Below, one piece after another: positions 31,001-38,557 of a DNA stretch of 64,000 nt; position 1 is the stretch's first letter; each line of letters opens with the position of its first letter. Source of the DNA: Candidatus Latescibacterota bacterium. Lineage in GTDB: Bacteria; Latescibacterota; UBA2968; UBA8231. A model generated the notes under the pieces. That model searched no databases. It was not told where the DNA came from and saw only the letters and a program-made list of their open reading frames with translations. Both the position numbers and the translations under genes were made by a program. The stretch is taken from assembly GCA_965221775.1 (NCBI GenBank), contig CBDCSU010000005.1, positions 512,001 to 576,000 on the forward strand, given 5' to 3'.

Positions 31001-32426
31001 GCAGGCCGGCCGGCCCGTCGTGCAGATCCGTTCCGGCCACCTCTACGTCTCGCGGGAGGAGTACGCGGCGGCCCTTGTCCGCCATCGCGGCCTCGACGCC
31101 GAGGAGGCCCGCGAGCAGGCCGGGCGCGAGGGCACCCCGAAGGGGATCCGGCTGGCCGTGCGCTTCACGCGCCCCCTGACGGCGGCCGTCGTCTACCCCT
31201 TCCACGGGGACCCCCGGTACCACGAGGGACGCCTGGAGGACTGCGGACTGCCCTACTCGGTGCAGTCCCTGTTCCACACCTGGACCACCTACGACAAGGC
31301 GAAGTACCCCGACATCTTCGACGCCGCCTCCGGCGTCGACGTGCCCCACGAGATCGACTGGCTCGCCGCCGACACCCGGCGCGCGCCCTCCGAGAGCGCC
31401 GCCAGGAACTGGATCGAGAACGGCCTGGACGGGTCGGACTACCCGGGGCTGCGGGAGTTCGCCCGCCGCCATCGCCTGGTGATGATCAAGGACGCCGCCG
31501 AGTCCGGGGGCCGGAACGCCCGGGCCTTCGTCCTTCGCCGGCTCGCGGCCGCCGCCGTCGACGAGGCGGAGCTGGAACGCGCCGTCGACTTCGTCCACCA
31601 GATCAGCCTGCGCCACAACGTCGCCATCCAGGAGGTGATCCTGTCCTCGCCGGAGGCCTGGGCCACCGACGACTTCATCGACTCCTTCGTGCGCCGCCAG
31701 GTCGTCGAGTGGGGCTCCGCCGTCGAGCGCCGGCGCCGGCCGCGCTCGCCGATCTACGGATCGCACCGGGTGATCGTCTCATCCGACGATCCGGCCGCCG
31801 ACCTCCCCCTCGAGGAGCGCTGGCACCTGTCCCACTGGATCACCCTCAACAGCAAGCAGCTGATCACCAATGTCGGCCGCGGCGGCAGCCTCGAGCGCTT
31901 CCTCCCCGAGATCGTCCAGCCCGCCTGCCGGCAGGCCCTCTTCGACGGCCTGGCCGCCGCCGCCCGCGGGGTCATGGAGGCCCTGAGCGCCTATGCCGGG
32001 CGCGGCGCCGAGGCCTACCGCCGCGACAGCGGCCGGCCGGTGGGCCGCGACCTGACCGGACTGTCGTACGGAACGCCGCGCTACATGATGCTCGACTTCC
32101 TGGTGACGCCGCGCTTCGCCGAGGAGGGAGACCTTGTCGAGGTAACCCGCGAGCCGGGCCTCGAGCCGGTCTTCATCCTCCAGCACGGGGACCACCGCTT
32201 CCCGGGCACCCTGTCGGGCTGGCGCGTCGTCCTGATCGAGCCCAACATCGGAGTCGGCCTGTGGGACCGCGTGGCCCTGCGCGAGGAGGCCCACGAGCGC
32301 GCCGCCAGCGAGGCGGACCAGCGGCCCTTCGACTGGGACCGGGTCGGCGAGAACGCCCGCGTCGTGCTGCGCGACCTCAGCCGCGCCGGCGAGGACTACC
32401 TGAAAGCCCTCGAAGGGCAGCGGTGA
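25005..32426 (+). CDS. Giant fusion: insertion-interrupted nucleotide-sugar (UDP-Glc/GDP-Man-type) 6-dehydrogenase plus C-terminal ATP-grasp domain
   Basis: YTPSRV, ILKTGEN..FSN, GYGGYCVPKD, EYKPDTQDGR, ALQGADV; C-terminal YDKAK, MIKDAAESGGRN, IQE, TNVGRGG, LIEPN; strong GC3 codon bias. Confidence 0.8.
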   Translation: MPPPLNSQGLPLRLVDHPGPRGICRARRSPGEVLADGALAFGSRPFSDTSVTVPDDAGPEAALAARLCERAARLVSRRFEGDTHLAGLASGLAGTEWPLALCRGHERLLDFDGRRLWLAADAMAALGIGLEAKDDLSAEVPERLRGFELLLALGLFAQLDIVRGASLRRSLRWVVDLYRRLGRPDQAVLLALLEGSGELDAGNLFSSFLRRGSREETIGRDRWITWLLGQDRLDLPYDRRAAGEILDSDADVDDKRLLLYGVLRDYDRDLEAENIRRLSREIRTAGQELVFGRMSRAFHNQGALFADAVRLTPTPAWKPLAEEAWEAAAGAAAMQSPALELRLLLEAGQPVSLIQMEGACERYEEASLDAQRDDLMRGLHRARALVEDHGDELAGPRQTALDVDSVSRLVRRRLGLVERVREELLRSPSTNAAYVVISQRPSPTGSHLLVKINEFEEPYLGKADNLTKLARLAGDRLYSSPDYRWLEVADHWIEAIPLFIKEEVLVDDDGVESTRTVIDIDGMEESFREEMADHWAANLRDVADSEYVSAARWLLCREAGQDRDEAAALDWARSAPGDPSADIACAAALVSRLAAENAGDLRRRIEAEEEEPFEALWSLLSAWRSEPASSLAGTLARAREEPWSTLVDPEAEVGESRARSFRRRALEPRRPLPVLHVLTTQSAGMTDGYIRTWLEESMALRNVAAARGLEAEVDERRAFYRRRLSALGERVVRELGIWVEVEEAAAEEDLDEGAAVSRVVGGNRSVQEEVAVLGALIELAEERGGEREPGDVADPAEVARLCESGDRDLVRQALERVAARNGRQLEEEVEALRSAEPALSRQDALVRVVEGDEDYRQDLESFTRFLARRRLVDDWSRQAGVDGDDRRRTYLRRFSRLAGTTARKQVLLRHGLAHLTLDPAYRWAAAGGDKRYHLLYTPSRVDLGHRERESVETWSQWVGGADRAAARAGREIYGLINKSVRSYDSLAEPEILKTGENASMASHFAFSNALSLMVSASGHGDIEEMGDQMSRRGDRVIHPAGEGYGGYCVPKDGLFLEFVLTLGRAEKLRQLGVPAEHHDGVAGAAARLLGRRGEFATRFEWEAWAAGALGGVDGLGGLFAVREGEGGPVPVFQITRLAEVLEGLGEPELHDAERATTARVARWGVHKMVAGAEHVNRFMPFYKVWLTRRALADAARRHPAAAAAPVVVLTAEYKPDTQDGRFAAGMRKFEILCGTADHLLYALDAEGQTLAGLLSDGFDGVDRRGRADRAAAALGLDPGDPSTPGTLRELFPEPPRPAEIRVVSPTGLSTQDLLGYTSDTSLEAVAEGAHQELTAAGFSGAEIEASLATYGPHLERWASAADIDAGLRADLSRRLSGRLHALALQVLGPERSYEHALQGADVLDTGIPHAALLRLLEDPAAVCRLMLEGRPDSALVIVDGASGARRRALNRLDVMLWFAAGERYGREPVYAGIGLGNRTVEGWRQAMRRQRRRARRLGEALRASDAGAAAAEYAQILAEVRLGQEAELQLAEVDKLRRFQRLRRRDELVARSLARLAGGLPLEELGFADFLVLGGVFLLDGAPAEEIDDWRRGLGLGPGDPDSRELESLLLHPARPPELGEFREEKGLESSNKAAEDRPVAALEARSQLRARILRARALHERHRGAESVDGRRASFEEARAAAFEVLGDGRGTVTDAAFGAFIAHARTALSALVTGQYDEGQADEAQRFHDNLAQLFLGHEIDPEDWRRIAGGYEDVGDFGRLAQAVVEREEAGAAGHGLRQVAAGAELFYILLAVETTLPYTREGAPADPEGLWRALADFFAETVDDHFYEYRPWVYSRGVGFSSYSGDSLYELAVEHHQWLGRYLRQVVTRHTELAGRTSEDQDLLLGRHEGDAAVDPIGVTAASGPERRWRAYGQLRELAFMRNDGFPIPPVFSEFDPGLIDADRRVNHLIALPVGRTHYSRALVEGPTLSRELTAAGRPGTNLIISRGVDLVDDPQAGRPVVQIRSGHLYVSREEYAAALVRHRGLDAEEAREQAGREGTPKGIRLAVRFTRPLTAAVVYPFHGDPRYHEGRLEDCGLPYSVQSLFHTWTTYDKAKYPDIFDAASGVDVPHEIDWLAADTRRAPSESAARNWIENGLDGSDYPGLREFARRHRLVMIKDAAESGGRNARAFVLRRLAAAAVDEAELERAVDFVHQISLRHNVAIQEVILSSPEAWATDDFIDSFVRRQVVEWGSAVERRRRPRSPIYGSHRVIVSSDDPAADLPLEERWHLSHWITLNSKQLITNVGRGGSLERFLPEIVQPACRQALFDGLAAAARGVMEALSAYAGRGAEAYRRDSGRPVGRDLTGLSYGTPRYMMLDFLVTPRFAEEGDLVEVTREPGLEPVFILQHGDHRFPGTLSGWRVVLIEPNIGVGLWDRVALREEAHERAASEADQRPFDWDRVGENARVVLRDLSRAGEDYLKALEGQR

Positions 32427-33907
32427 GCGGCGACGACCGGCACCTCGAGGTCGCCTGGACGCGGGCCTGCGACGGCCTCGGCATCGGCCGCGGGACCCCC
32501 CTGGCGGCGAGCGAGGCCAGCGTCCTGCTCAAGTATCTCATCTCCGAACGCGCCTCGGTCCCGGATGGCCCGGACTGCTGTGCCCGCGACCGCTGCCGCC
32601 GCGCCTGGGTGGAATGGATGGCCGCCGGCGCCGAGGACCTCGACCGGGCCCTGAGACCGGGGGCCGCGCCGGCCGTGCGCGGCGTGCTCGAAAAGGACGC
32701 GGAGTACACCGGCCGCATCATCGACCTGGCCGTGGCCGACCTCGTGAGCGAGCCCATGGCTCCCGAGGTCTGCATCGAGACGGTGCCCTTGGGCGGTCTT
32801 CCCCCCGGGGGGCGCTGGAACCACGCCGTGATCTTCGCCGCCGCCCCCCTGATCACCCACGAGATCTACCCCCTGGCCGCCGACGCCTGCGTCCATGACG
32901 CCCGCGCCGGGGGGCCTTTCTACCGCGTCCTCGGCGTCCACGGGGACTGGCTGTCCAACGGCCGGGCCCGCCGCGTCCTGTGGTTGGATGCCGAGCGCGA
33001 CCGGTTCTGCGAGGCGCCCCTTTCCGAGCCGGTCCACCTGCACTCGGCGCAGCTCCTCGCCCTGGGTCCGCAACAGACACGGTGTCACCTGATCTGGGCC
33101 CGGCGCCTGACCTGCCCCCTGGTCAACCCGGGACCGCCTTCGGCCACGGCCGACGACAAGCACGGCCTCTCCCGGCGGTGGGCCGACGCCGGTCTCGAGG
33201 TGCCCGCGGGAGTCCTGGTGGCCCCGGGCCACCGCCTCGCCGCCCGCGACTTCCTGCACCGCACCGGGGAGATCGTGGTCAAGCCCAACGACGGCACCGA
33301 GGGGCAGAGGGTGCGCTACCTCTCCGCCTCCGCCCCGGAGGCCGAGGACCTCCTGGACGCGCAGCTCAGCGCCTGCTGGGAGTGGGGTCCGGCGCGCCTG
33401 GAAGAGCGCCGGGACGGAATCGTCTGGCGCGATCCGGAGACCGGCAGCTGCCACAGCCTCGCCATCCGCCTGCACGTGGCCGCCGGCGCCGCGGGGCTGC
33501 GGGCCGAGTCCGGATACGCCCTGGTGGGAGCCGGCGTCGACACCCCCGCCACCCGCGGGGCCGGGGGCCGCATGCGCCCCCTGCAGAGCGTCACTTCCTC
33601 GCTGGCCCTGCGCGCCAGCGGCGCTGGCGCCGCCTTCACCGGCGCCGACCTGGAGCGGACGAGACAGCTGGCGGAGGCGGCCGCCGGCATCGTCGGCGGC
33701 ATCGGCCTCAGCGGCGTCGACCTGGTCCTCGACGCCACCCCGGCGGGAGAGGTGGTGCCGGTGCTGCTCGAGCTCAACCCCCGCCCCGCCGGCCTGGCCC
33801 ACGCCCGCTTCCTCCCCGGCTCGGGCGAGGGACGGGTCGAAGCGGGTGTCTCCCTGGACGTGTGGGCCGGCCTGGCCGCGCTCTGCCGGAAGACCGCCGC
33901 CGAGTGA
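32423..33907 (+). CDS. ATP-grasp domain protein (RimK-like)
   Basis: DDKHG, VVKPNDGTEGQRV, LEER, SGVDLVLD, LLELNPRPAG; GTGA overlap with giant gene. Confidence 0.8.
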   Translation: MSGDDRHLEVAWTRACDGLGIGRGTPLAASEASVLLKYLISERASVPDGPDCCARDRCRRAWVEWMAAGAEDLDRALRPGAAPAVRGVLEKDAEYTGRIIDLAVADLVSEPMAPEVCIETVPLGGLPPGGRWNHAVIFAAAPLITHEIYPLAADACVHDARAGGPFYRVLGVHGDWLSNGRARRVLWLDAERDRFCEAPLSEPVHLHSAQLLALGPQQTRCHLIWARRLTCPLVNPGPPSATADDKHGLSRRWADAGLEVPAGVLVAPGHRLAARDFLHRTGEIVVKPNDGTEGQRVRYLSASAPEAEDLLDAQLSACWEWGPARLEERRDGIVWRDPETGSCHSLAIRLHVAAGAAGLRAESGYALVGAGVDTPATRGAGGRMRPLQSVTSSLALRASGAGAAFTGADLERTRQLAEAAAGIVGGIGLSGVDLVLDATPAGEVVPVLLELNPRPAGLAHARFLPGSGEGRVEAGVSLDVWAGLAALCRKTAAE

Positions 33908-35763
33908 GCATGGAGGCCCTGACCAGCCGGCTGGCGGAGGCCTCCCCCGACGAGGTCCGGGACCTCGTGGCGGCGGCGGTGGCCCGGGCCCGCGAAGGCC
34001 ATTCCTCCCGGTCCGAACGCCGCGCCTTCCTGCGCGGCCTGGTCCTCTCCCCCGGGCTGGCCCGTTCGCTGCAGACGGGTTCGGCCATCGATACCCTGCG
34101 CGGATCCCTGTCCTCCGGGGAGTGGGGGCAGCTGTTCGGCCCGGCCGTGGAGGAGGAGCTTCCCGGGCTTCTCGTGGCCGTGGTGGACGGCCGGATCGAC
34201 GTGGACCACGAGGACATCCTCTCCCTGGCCGCGGAGAACGGCGCGGCGCTGGCCGCCTCGGTCGGGGAGTTGTCGGCCTACGTCGGCGGTCTCGAGGGCA
34301 GCCGGCGCCGGTTGCGGGGCATGCGCGCGGCCGTCATCCTCGCCTCCCTCTTCCAGCGGCTGCGGGACGGCGCGGCCTGGGGGCGGCGGCCGATTCCCGC
34401 ATGCGCCATCGACGGCCCGCGGATCTCGGCGCTGAAGGAGAAGAAGGCGGTCGCCGACCTTCCGGCCGCCTACGAGGTCCGGGTGAACGAGCTGCAGCGG
34501 GAGGACATGCGCCGGGCCCTCGAGGCGGTGGCCGGCCATTCCCCCGGGGCCGTATCGATGGCCGCCGCCGATAGCGAGACGTCTTTCGAGGTGCGCGCCC
34601 CTCTCCGCCTCGGCCTGTCGAGTGCCAACGCCTCGGACAACCACATCCGCAGCAAGGAGCAGGGCGGCAAAACCCTCAACGCCGGCATCGCCCTGCAGGC
34701 CGGCGACTCCGGGGAGATCGCCCCGCCGCTCTGCGTGAGGGCCCGGCCGCTGCCCGAGCCGCGCCTCGTGCTGCGCTCCCGCTCCGCCGATTTCCAGGCC
34801 GACTTCGAGATCGACCGCCGCGGAGACGCCGGCACCCAGAGCGAGCTGTTCTTCGCCTACCGCCGCGGCGGCGACGAGGCCCTGCGCATGGTCAAGCAGG
34901 GCCTGGTGCACACCGGGATCGTCGGTCCCGACTCCGACGACGTGGTCGGCGACCTGGCGCGCTTCTGCGGCGGCGGCGGCCTCGAGATCACCACCTCCTG
35001 CACCGTGCAGCAGGGGTCGGGCCTCGGCACCAGCAGCATCCTGGCGGCAGCGGTCCTCAAGGTCCTCTACCGCCTCGTGGGCCACCCCGCCGGCGGTGAG
35101 GCCGAGTATCCCGGTCTCTACGATCAGAGCGTGCTCCTCGAGCAGTCCATCGGCCTGAACTCGGGATGGCAGGACGCGCGCGGGGCCCGGGGAGGACCGA
35201 GCGCGGTGAAGGACTTCTTCGCGCCTCCCACCGACGGCCTGCCGGCGCCCGAGCTGACCTACGTCGACGTCGACGCCGAGTCGTTCCACCGCCGCGTGGT
35301 GCTCTTCGACACCGGCATCGCCCGCGCCGCCACCCGCGGCCTGAACGTGGTCATGGACGCCTACCTGTCCCGCCGGCGCGGGCGCTACGGGGCGATCCGC
35401 GAGTCGCTGTCGATCCACGACGAGATGGTCGAGGCCCTGGGCGCCGGCGACTACCGCGCCCTCGGGAGGCTGGCCAGCCGCTACTGGCAGCTGCGCTGCA
35501 TCCTCGATCCGGAGGCCACCAGCCCCGCCCTTCAGCAGCTCTTCGAGCCGCCGGTCTCCGACCTCACCGAAGGGGGCACCCTCTCCGGCGCCGGGGGCGG
35601 CGGTTTCGGACTCCTCGTTGCCCGCGAGGGCGAAGAGGAGCGCCTCCACGCGTGTCTGAGAAAGCTGAAGGACCAGCGGGCCTATGCCCGGTCCGCCGTC
35701 GTCGCCTACCGCCTCGACGCCACCGGTCTGCAACTCACCGAAAGCCAACCACCGCCGCCGTAG
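33904..35763 (+). CDS. GHMP-family sugar kinase, L-fucokinase/heptose-7-P kinase-like, with N-terminal extension
   Basis: RAPLRL, LNAGI, QGSGLGTSSIL, LEQ...GWQD, SGAGGGGF; GTGA overlap (alternative ATG at 33910). Confidence 0.85.
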   Translation: MSMEALTSRLAEASPDEVRDLVAAAVARAREGHSSRSERRAFLRGLVLSPGLARSLQTGSAIDTLRGSLSSGEWGQLFGPAVEEELPGLLVAVVDGRIDVDHEDILSLAAENGAALAASVGELSAYVGGLEGSRRRLRGMRAAVILASLFQRLRDGAAWGRRPIPACAIDGPRISALKEKKAVADLPAAYEVRVNELQREDMRRALEAVAGHSPGAVSMAAADSETSFEVRAPLRLGLSSANASDNHIRSKEQGGKTLNAGIALQAGDSGEIAPPLCVRARPLPEPRLVLRSRSADFQADFEIDRRGDAGTQSELFFAYRRGGDEALRMVKQGLVHTGIVGPDSDDVVGDLARFCGGGGLEITTSCTVQQGSGLGTSSILAAAVLKVLYRLVGHPAGGEAEYPGLYDQSVLLEQSIGLNSGWQDARGARGGPSAVKDFFAPPTDGLPAPELTYVDVDAESFHRRVVLFDTGIARAATRGLNVVMDAYLSRRRGRYGAIRESLSIHDEMVEALGAGDYRALGRLASRYWQLRCILDPEATSPALQQLFEPPVSDLTEGGTLSGAGGGGFGLLVAREGEEERLHACLRKLKDQRAYARSAVVAYRLDATGLQLTESQPPPP

Positions 35764-35782
35764 CCAACACGGAGGAGACGGC

Positions 35783-36550
35783 ATGCTGATGCAGGACTGC
35801 GCCGGTTTCGTCACCGGTGTCGCCAATCACCGGAGCATCGCCTGGGCCACCGCCCGGGCTCTCGACCGCGAGGGCGCCCGGCTGGCCCTCGGATACCTGG
35901 GAGAGCGCGAGCTGGAGAGCATCGAGCGCATCACCGGCCAGTTGCGGCAGCCGCCCCTGCTGGTGCAGTGCGACGTCACCGACGACGAGTCGGTGGCCTC
36001 CGCCTTCGAGGTCGTGGGCCGGGAGATGGGGTCCATCGACTGCCTGGTCCACGCCATCGCCTTCGCCCGCCGGGAGGATCTGGACGGCCGCTTCGCCGAC
36101 ACCAGCCGCAGCGGCTACGACCTGGCCCTCGGCGTCAGCGCCTACTCGCTGAACGTCCTGGTGCGCGGCGCCGAGCCGCTCATGAAGCCGGGGGCCGGCG
36201 TCGTCGCCCTCACCTACCTGGGCAGCGAGCGCGCGATCCCCCGGTACAATGTCATGGGCGTGGCCAAGGCCGCCCTGGAGTCGGGCATCCGCTACCTGGC
36301 CAGCGAGTTGGGGGAGAAGGGCATCCGCGTCAACGGGCTCTCGGCCGGACCGATCCGCACCCTGGCGGCGCGCGGCATCCGCGACTTCAACGCCATGCTC
36401 CGCGTCCACGCCGAGCGCGCCGCCCTCAAGCGCAACAACGAGGTCGACGAGATCGGCGACGCCGCCCTGTTCCTGTGCAGCCGGCTGAGCCGCGGGATGA
36501 CCGGCGAGGTGATGTACGTCGACGCCGGCTACCGGATCATGGGCCTCTAG
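35783..36550 (+). CDS. fabI: Enoyl-ACP reductase (NADH)
   Basis: GVANHRSIAW, HAIAFA, SAYSL, YNVMGVAKAALE, SAGPIRTLAA. Confidence 0.95.
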   Translation: MLMQDCAGFVTGVANHRSIAWATARALDREGARLALGYLGERELESIERITGQLRQPPLLVQCDVTDDESVASAFEVVGREMGSIDCLVHAIAFARREDLDGRFADTSRSGYDLALGVSAYSLNVLVRGAEPLMKPGAGVVALTYLGSERAIPRYNVMGVAKAALESGIRYLASELGEKGIRVNGLSAGPIRTLAARGIRDFNAMLRVHAERAALKRNNEVDEIGDAALFLCSRLSRGMTGEVMYVDAGYRIMGL

Positions 36551-37236
36551 CCCGGCGGCGGCAGGTCGAGGCCGCGCAGCGCCTCCCGGGAGTGGCGGGC
36601 CGTGGTATCGTCCCCGCTCCGCGCCAGCGCCTCCAGATGGACGCGCAGGAAGGCCGCCTCCCTCGGCACGTCGACATCGTACCCGGGGGGCATGAGCGAC
36701 AGCCGCAGCCCCCCGGGCAGGGCCGCCAGGGTCTGCTCCAGGACCCGGCCCGTCCCCCACTCGATCCCGTGGAAGACCGCCGGCGCCGCCGACGGCAGGG
36801 CATCGGCCCGCAGACCGATCAGGTAGTAGCCGCCGTCGACGCTGGGGCCGATCACCACGTCGGCCGTCCGCAGCCGGCGCAGGGCCTCGTCGATGGACGA
36901 GGGCGTCAGCGAGGGACTGTCCGAACCGAGGAGGACGACGCGCCCGCAGCCGGCGCCGACAGCCCGCCGGCAGAGGGTTTCCAGACGCTCTCCGAGGGAG
37001 CCTCCGGGCTGCCCCTCGAAGGTCAGTCCCTCGTACGCCCCAAGAAGTGCGCGCAGGGAAGACTCGCCCTCGGGCGGCTCCACGGCGACGATCTTGAGGC
37101 TCGCCGCGGAGGCCGCCAGGGCGGCGGCGCAGTCACGCAGGAATGCGGTGTAGAGCTCCGCCGCCTGGCCGGACGTCAGCGGCGGCTGCAGCCGGGTCTT
37201 CACCCTCCCGCCGCCGGGATCCCTGGCGAAGAGCAC
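36547..37236 (-). CDS. DUF2064 / TIGR04282-like glycosyltransferase-A fold protein (CofC-like)
   Basis: LFARDP..GRVKTRL, QPGGSLGERL, GSDSP, GPSVDGGYYLIG, IEWGT, DVD. Confidence 0.85.
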   Translation of the reverse strand: MLFARDPGGGRVKTRLQPPLTSGQAAELYTAFLRDCAAALAASAASLKIVAVEPPEGESSLRALLGAYEGLTFEGQPGGSLGERLETLCRRAVGAGCGRVVLLGSDSPSLTPSSIDEALRRLRTADVVIGPSVDGGYYLIGLRADALPSAAPAVFHGIEWGTGRVLEQTLAALPGGLRLSLMPPGYDVDVPREAAFLRVHLEALARSGDDTTARHSREALRGLDLPPPG

Positions 37237-37263
37237 GGCACCGGTCAGGACGGCCCCTCCGGT

Positions 37264-37292
37264 TTGAAGAGCCGCGAGAGGGGCCGTATCTT
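37264..37292 (+). promoter_or_regulatory. Sigma-70-type promoter of the RidA-like/decarboxylase operon
   Basis: TTGAAG-N17-TATCTT. Confidence 0.4.
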
Positions 37293-37350
37293 CGATGGTT
37301 TGCGCACGCTACCCACCCCTTCAAAACTCAGAGGAAGCGGAAGAGATCCG

Positions 37351-38544
37351 ATGGCAGAGGTACACATCATCCGGCACCGCCCCGGCGCCGTGTTCTGCGG
37401 CACCTGCGAGGTCGTGCAGATCGACGACGACAGCAAGATCACCCGCCTCGTGGAGCCCAGCGGCAACGTGGGCACCCAGTACCCGAACGAGGTCGGCTCC
37501 GAGTGGTTCGGCACGATCGAGAATCTGAGCGCCGGTCTGGCCCTGGGCAAGGCGCACTGGTCCGACGTGTACAAGACCGACGTTCTGTGGACGACGCCTT
37601 CCGCCTCCCGCGATGAGTGCGACGCCCGCAAGAACGACTTCAACGCCGTGTACGGCGCCATGCTGCAGGCCGTCACCGGGGGGCCGCTGCGCTCCAACCG
37701 GATGGCCCGCTTCACGCACCCGGAGGGCTTCCCCGACCCGGCAGCCCTCTTCGAGGTGCAGATCAAGGCCGCCGCGGGCGACGTCGAGATCGGCGGCGGC
37801 CGCCTCGACTTCGGGTCGTGGATCGACCATCAGCCGAGCGGCGCCTCGGTGATGCACCGCAAGGACGGCGAGACGATCACCACCCTCGGACCGGACGTGG
37901 CCGAGGAGATGACCTTCGTCCTCGAAGAGCAGTACGCCCGCCCCTTCGCCGAGGCCGGCGTCGACTTCCGCACGCAGACGGTGTGGATGGAGATCCTCGT
38001 GGCCGTCGACGACGAACCGGACCAGGCCTGGAGCCGCATCGAGGTCGTGCGCCGGGTCTTCGAGGACTACTTCGGCGATCACCGGCCCGCCGGGCTGATC
38101 TACCCGGTGTCGCGGATCCCCAACCTCGACGGTGTCGTCGAGCCGCAGCCCCGCGTCGTCAGCGGCGACGGCGTCGAGATCATCCGCTCCGGCCGCCTGG
38201 AGCATGGCTTCAGCACCTGGACCGCCATCCGCCACGGCGGCATCACCGAGGTCATGGTGAGCGCCGTGGGTGGTGACGACGCCGGCGAGATCCTCGACGG
38301 TGTTGACGCCCGCGTGAAGGAGGCCGGTGGCGCTGGCCTCAAGGCCGACGGGGTGTTCAACAACGCCTACATCGGCGCCGGCGCCGACACCCAGGCCAAC
38401 CGGGACTCCCTGGCGGCCTTCAATCCTTCCTTCACCCGGTGGTACGAAGGCACGGTGCCCGCCGGGCGCACCGCCCAGTACGTCGGCGGCGTGCAGCAGT
38501 CCGGTTTCGCCTACGGCGTCTCCAACCGCTCGATCTTCGCCTGA
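37351..38544 (+). CDS. Protein with three tandem divergent RidA/YjgF-like domains
   Basis: ENLSAGL..WSDVYKTDV..FNAVY..PLRS..ALFEVQ; FEDYFGDHRPAG..VSRIP..VVE; AAFNPSF..PAGRTA. Confidence 0.6.
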   Translation: MAEVHIIRHRPGAVFCGTCEVVQIDDDSKITRLVEPSGNVGTQYPNEVGSEWFGTIENLSAGLALGKAHWSDVYKTDVLWTTPSASRDECDARKNDFNAVYGAMLQAVTGGPLRSNRMARFTHPEGFPDPAALFEVQIKAAAGDVEIGGGRLDFGSWIDHQPSGASVMHRKDGETITTLGPDVAEEMTFVLEEQYARPFAEAGVDFRTQTVWMEILVAVDDEPDQAWSRIEVVRRVFEDYFGDHRPAGLIYPVSRIPNLDGVVEPQPRVVSGDGVEIIRSGRLEHGFSTWTAIRHGGITEVMVSAVGGDDAGEILDGVDARVKEAGGAGLKADGVFNNAYIGAGADTQANRDSLAAFNPSFTRWYEGTVPAGRTAQYVGGVQQSGFAYGVSNRSIFA

Positions 38545-38557
38545 GGGCAGGCGCCCG

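Noticed and set aside
25038-31766. 2242-aa antisense ORF, and other long shadow ORFs such as 45423-48935, 48695-52186, 58243-60930 and 15528-17804
   Set aside because: Typical stop-poor antisense or alternate frames of high-GC genes; no recognisable motifs, and the opposite frame carries the family signatures.
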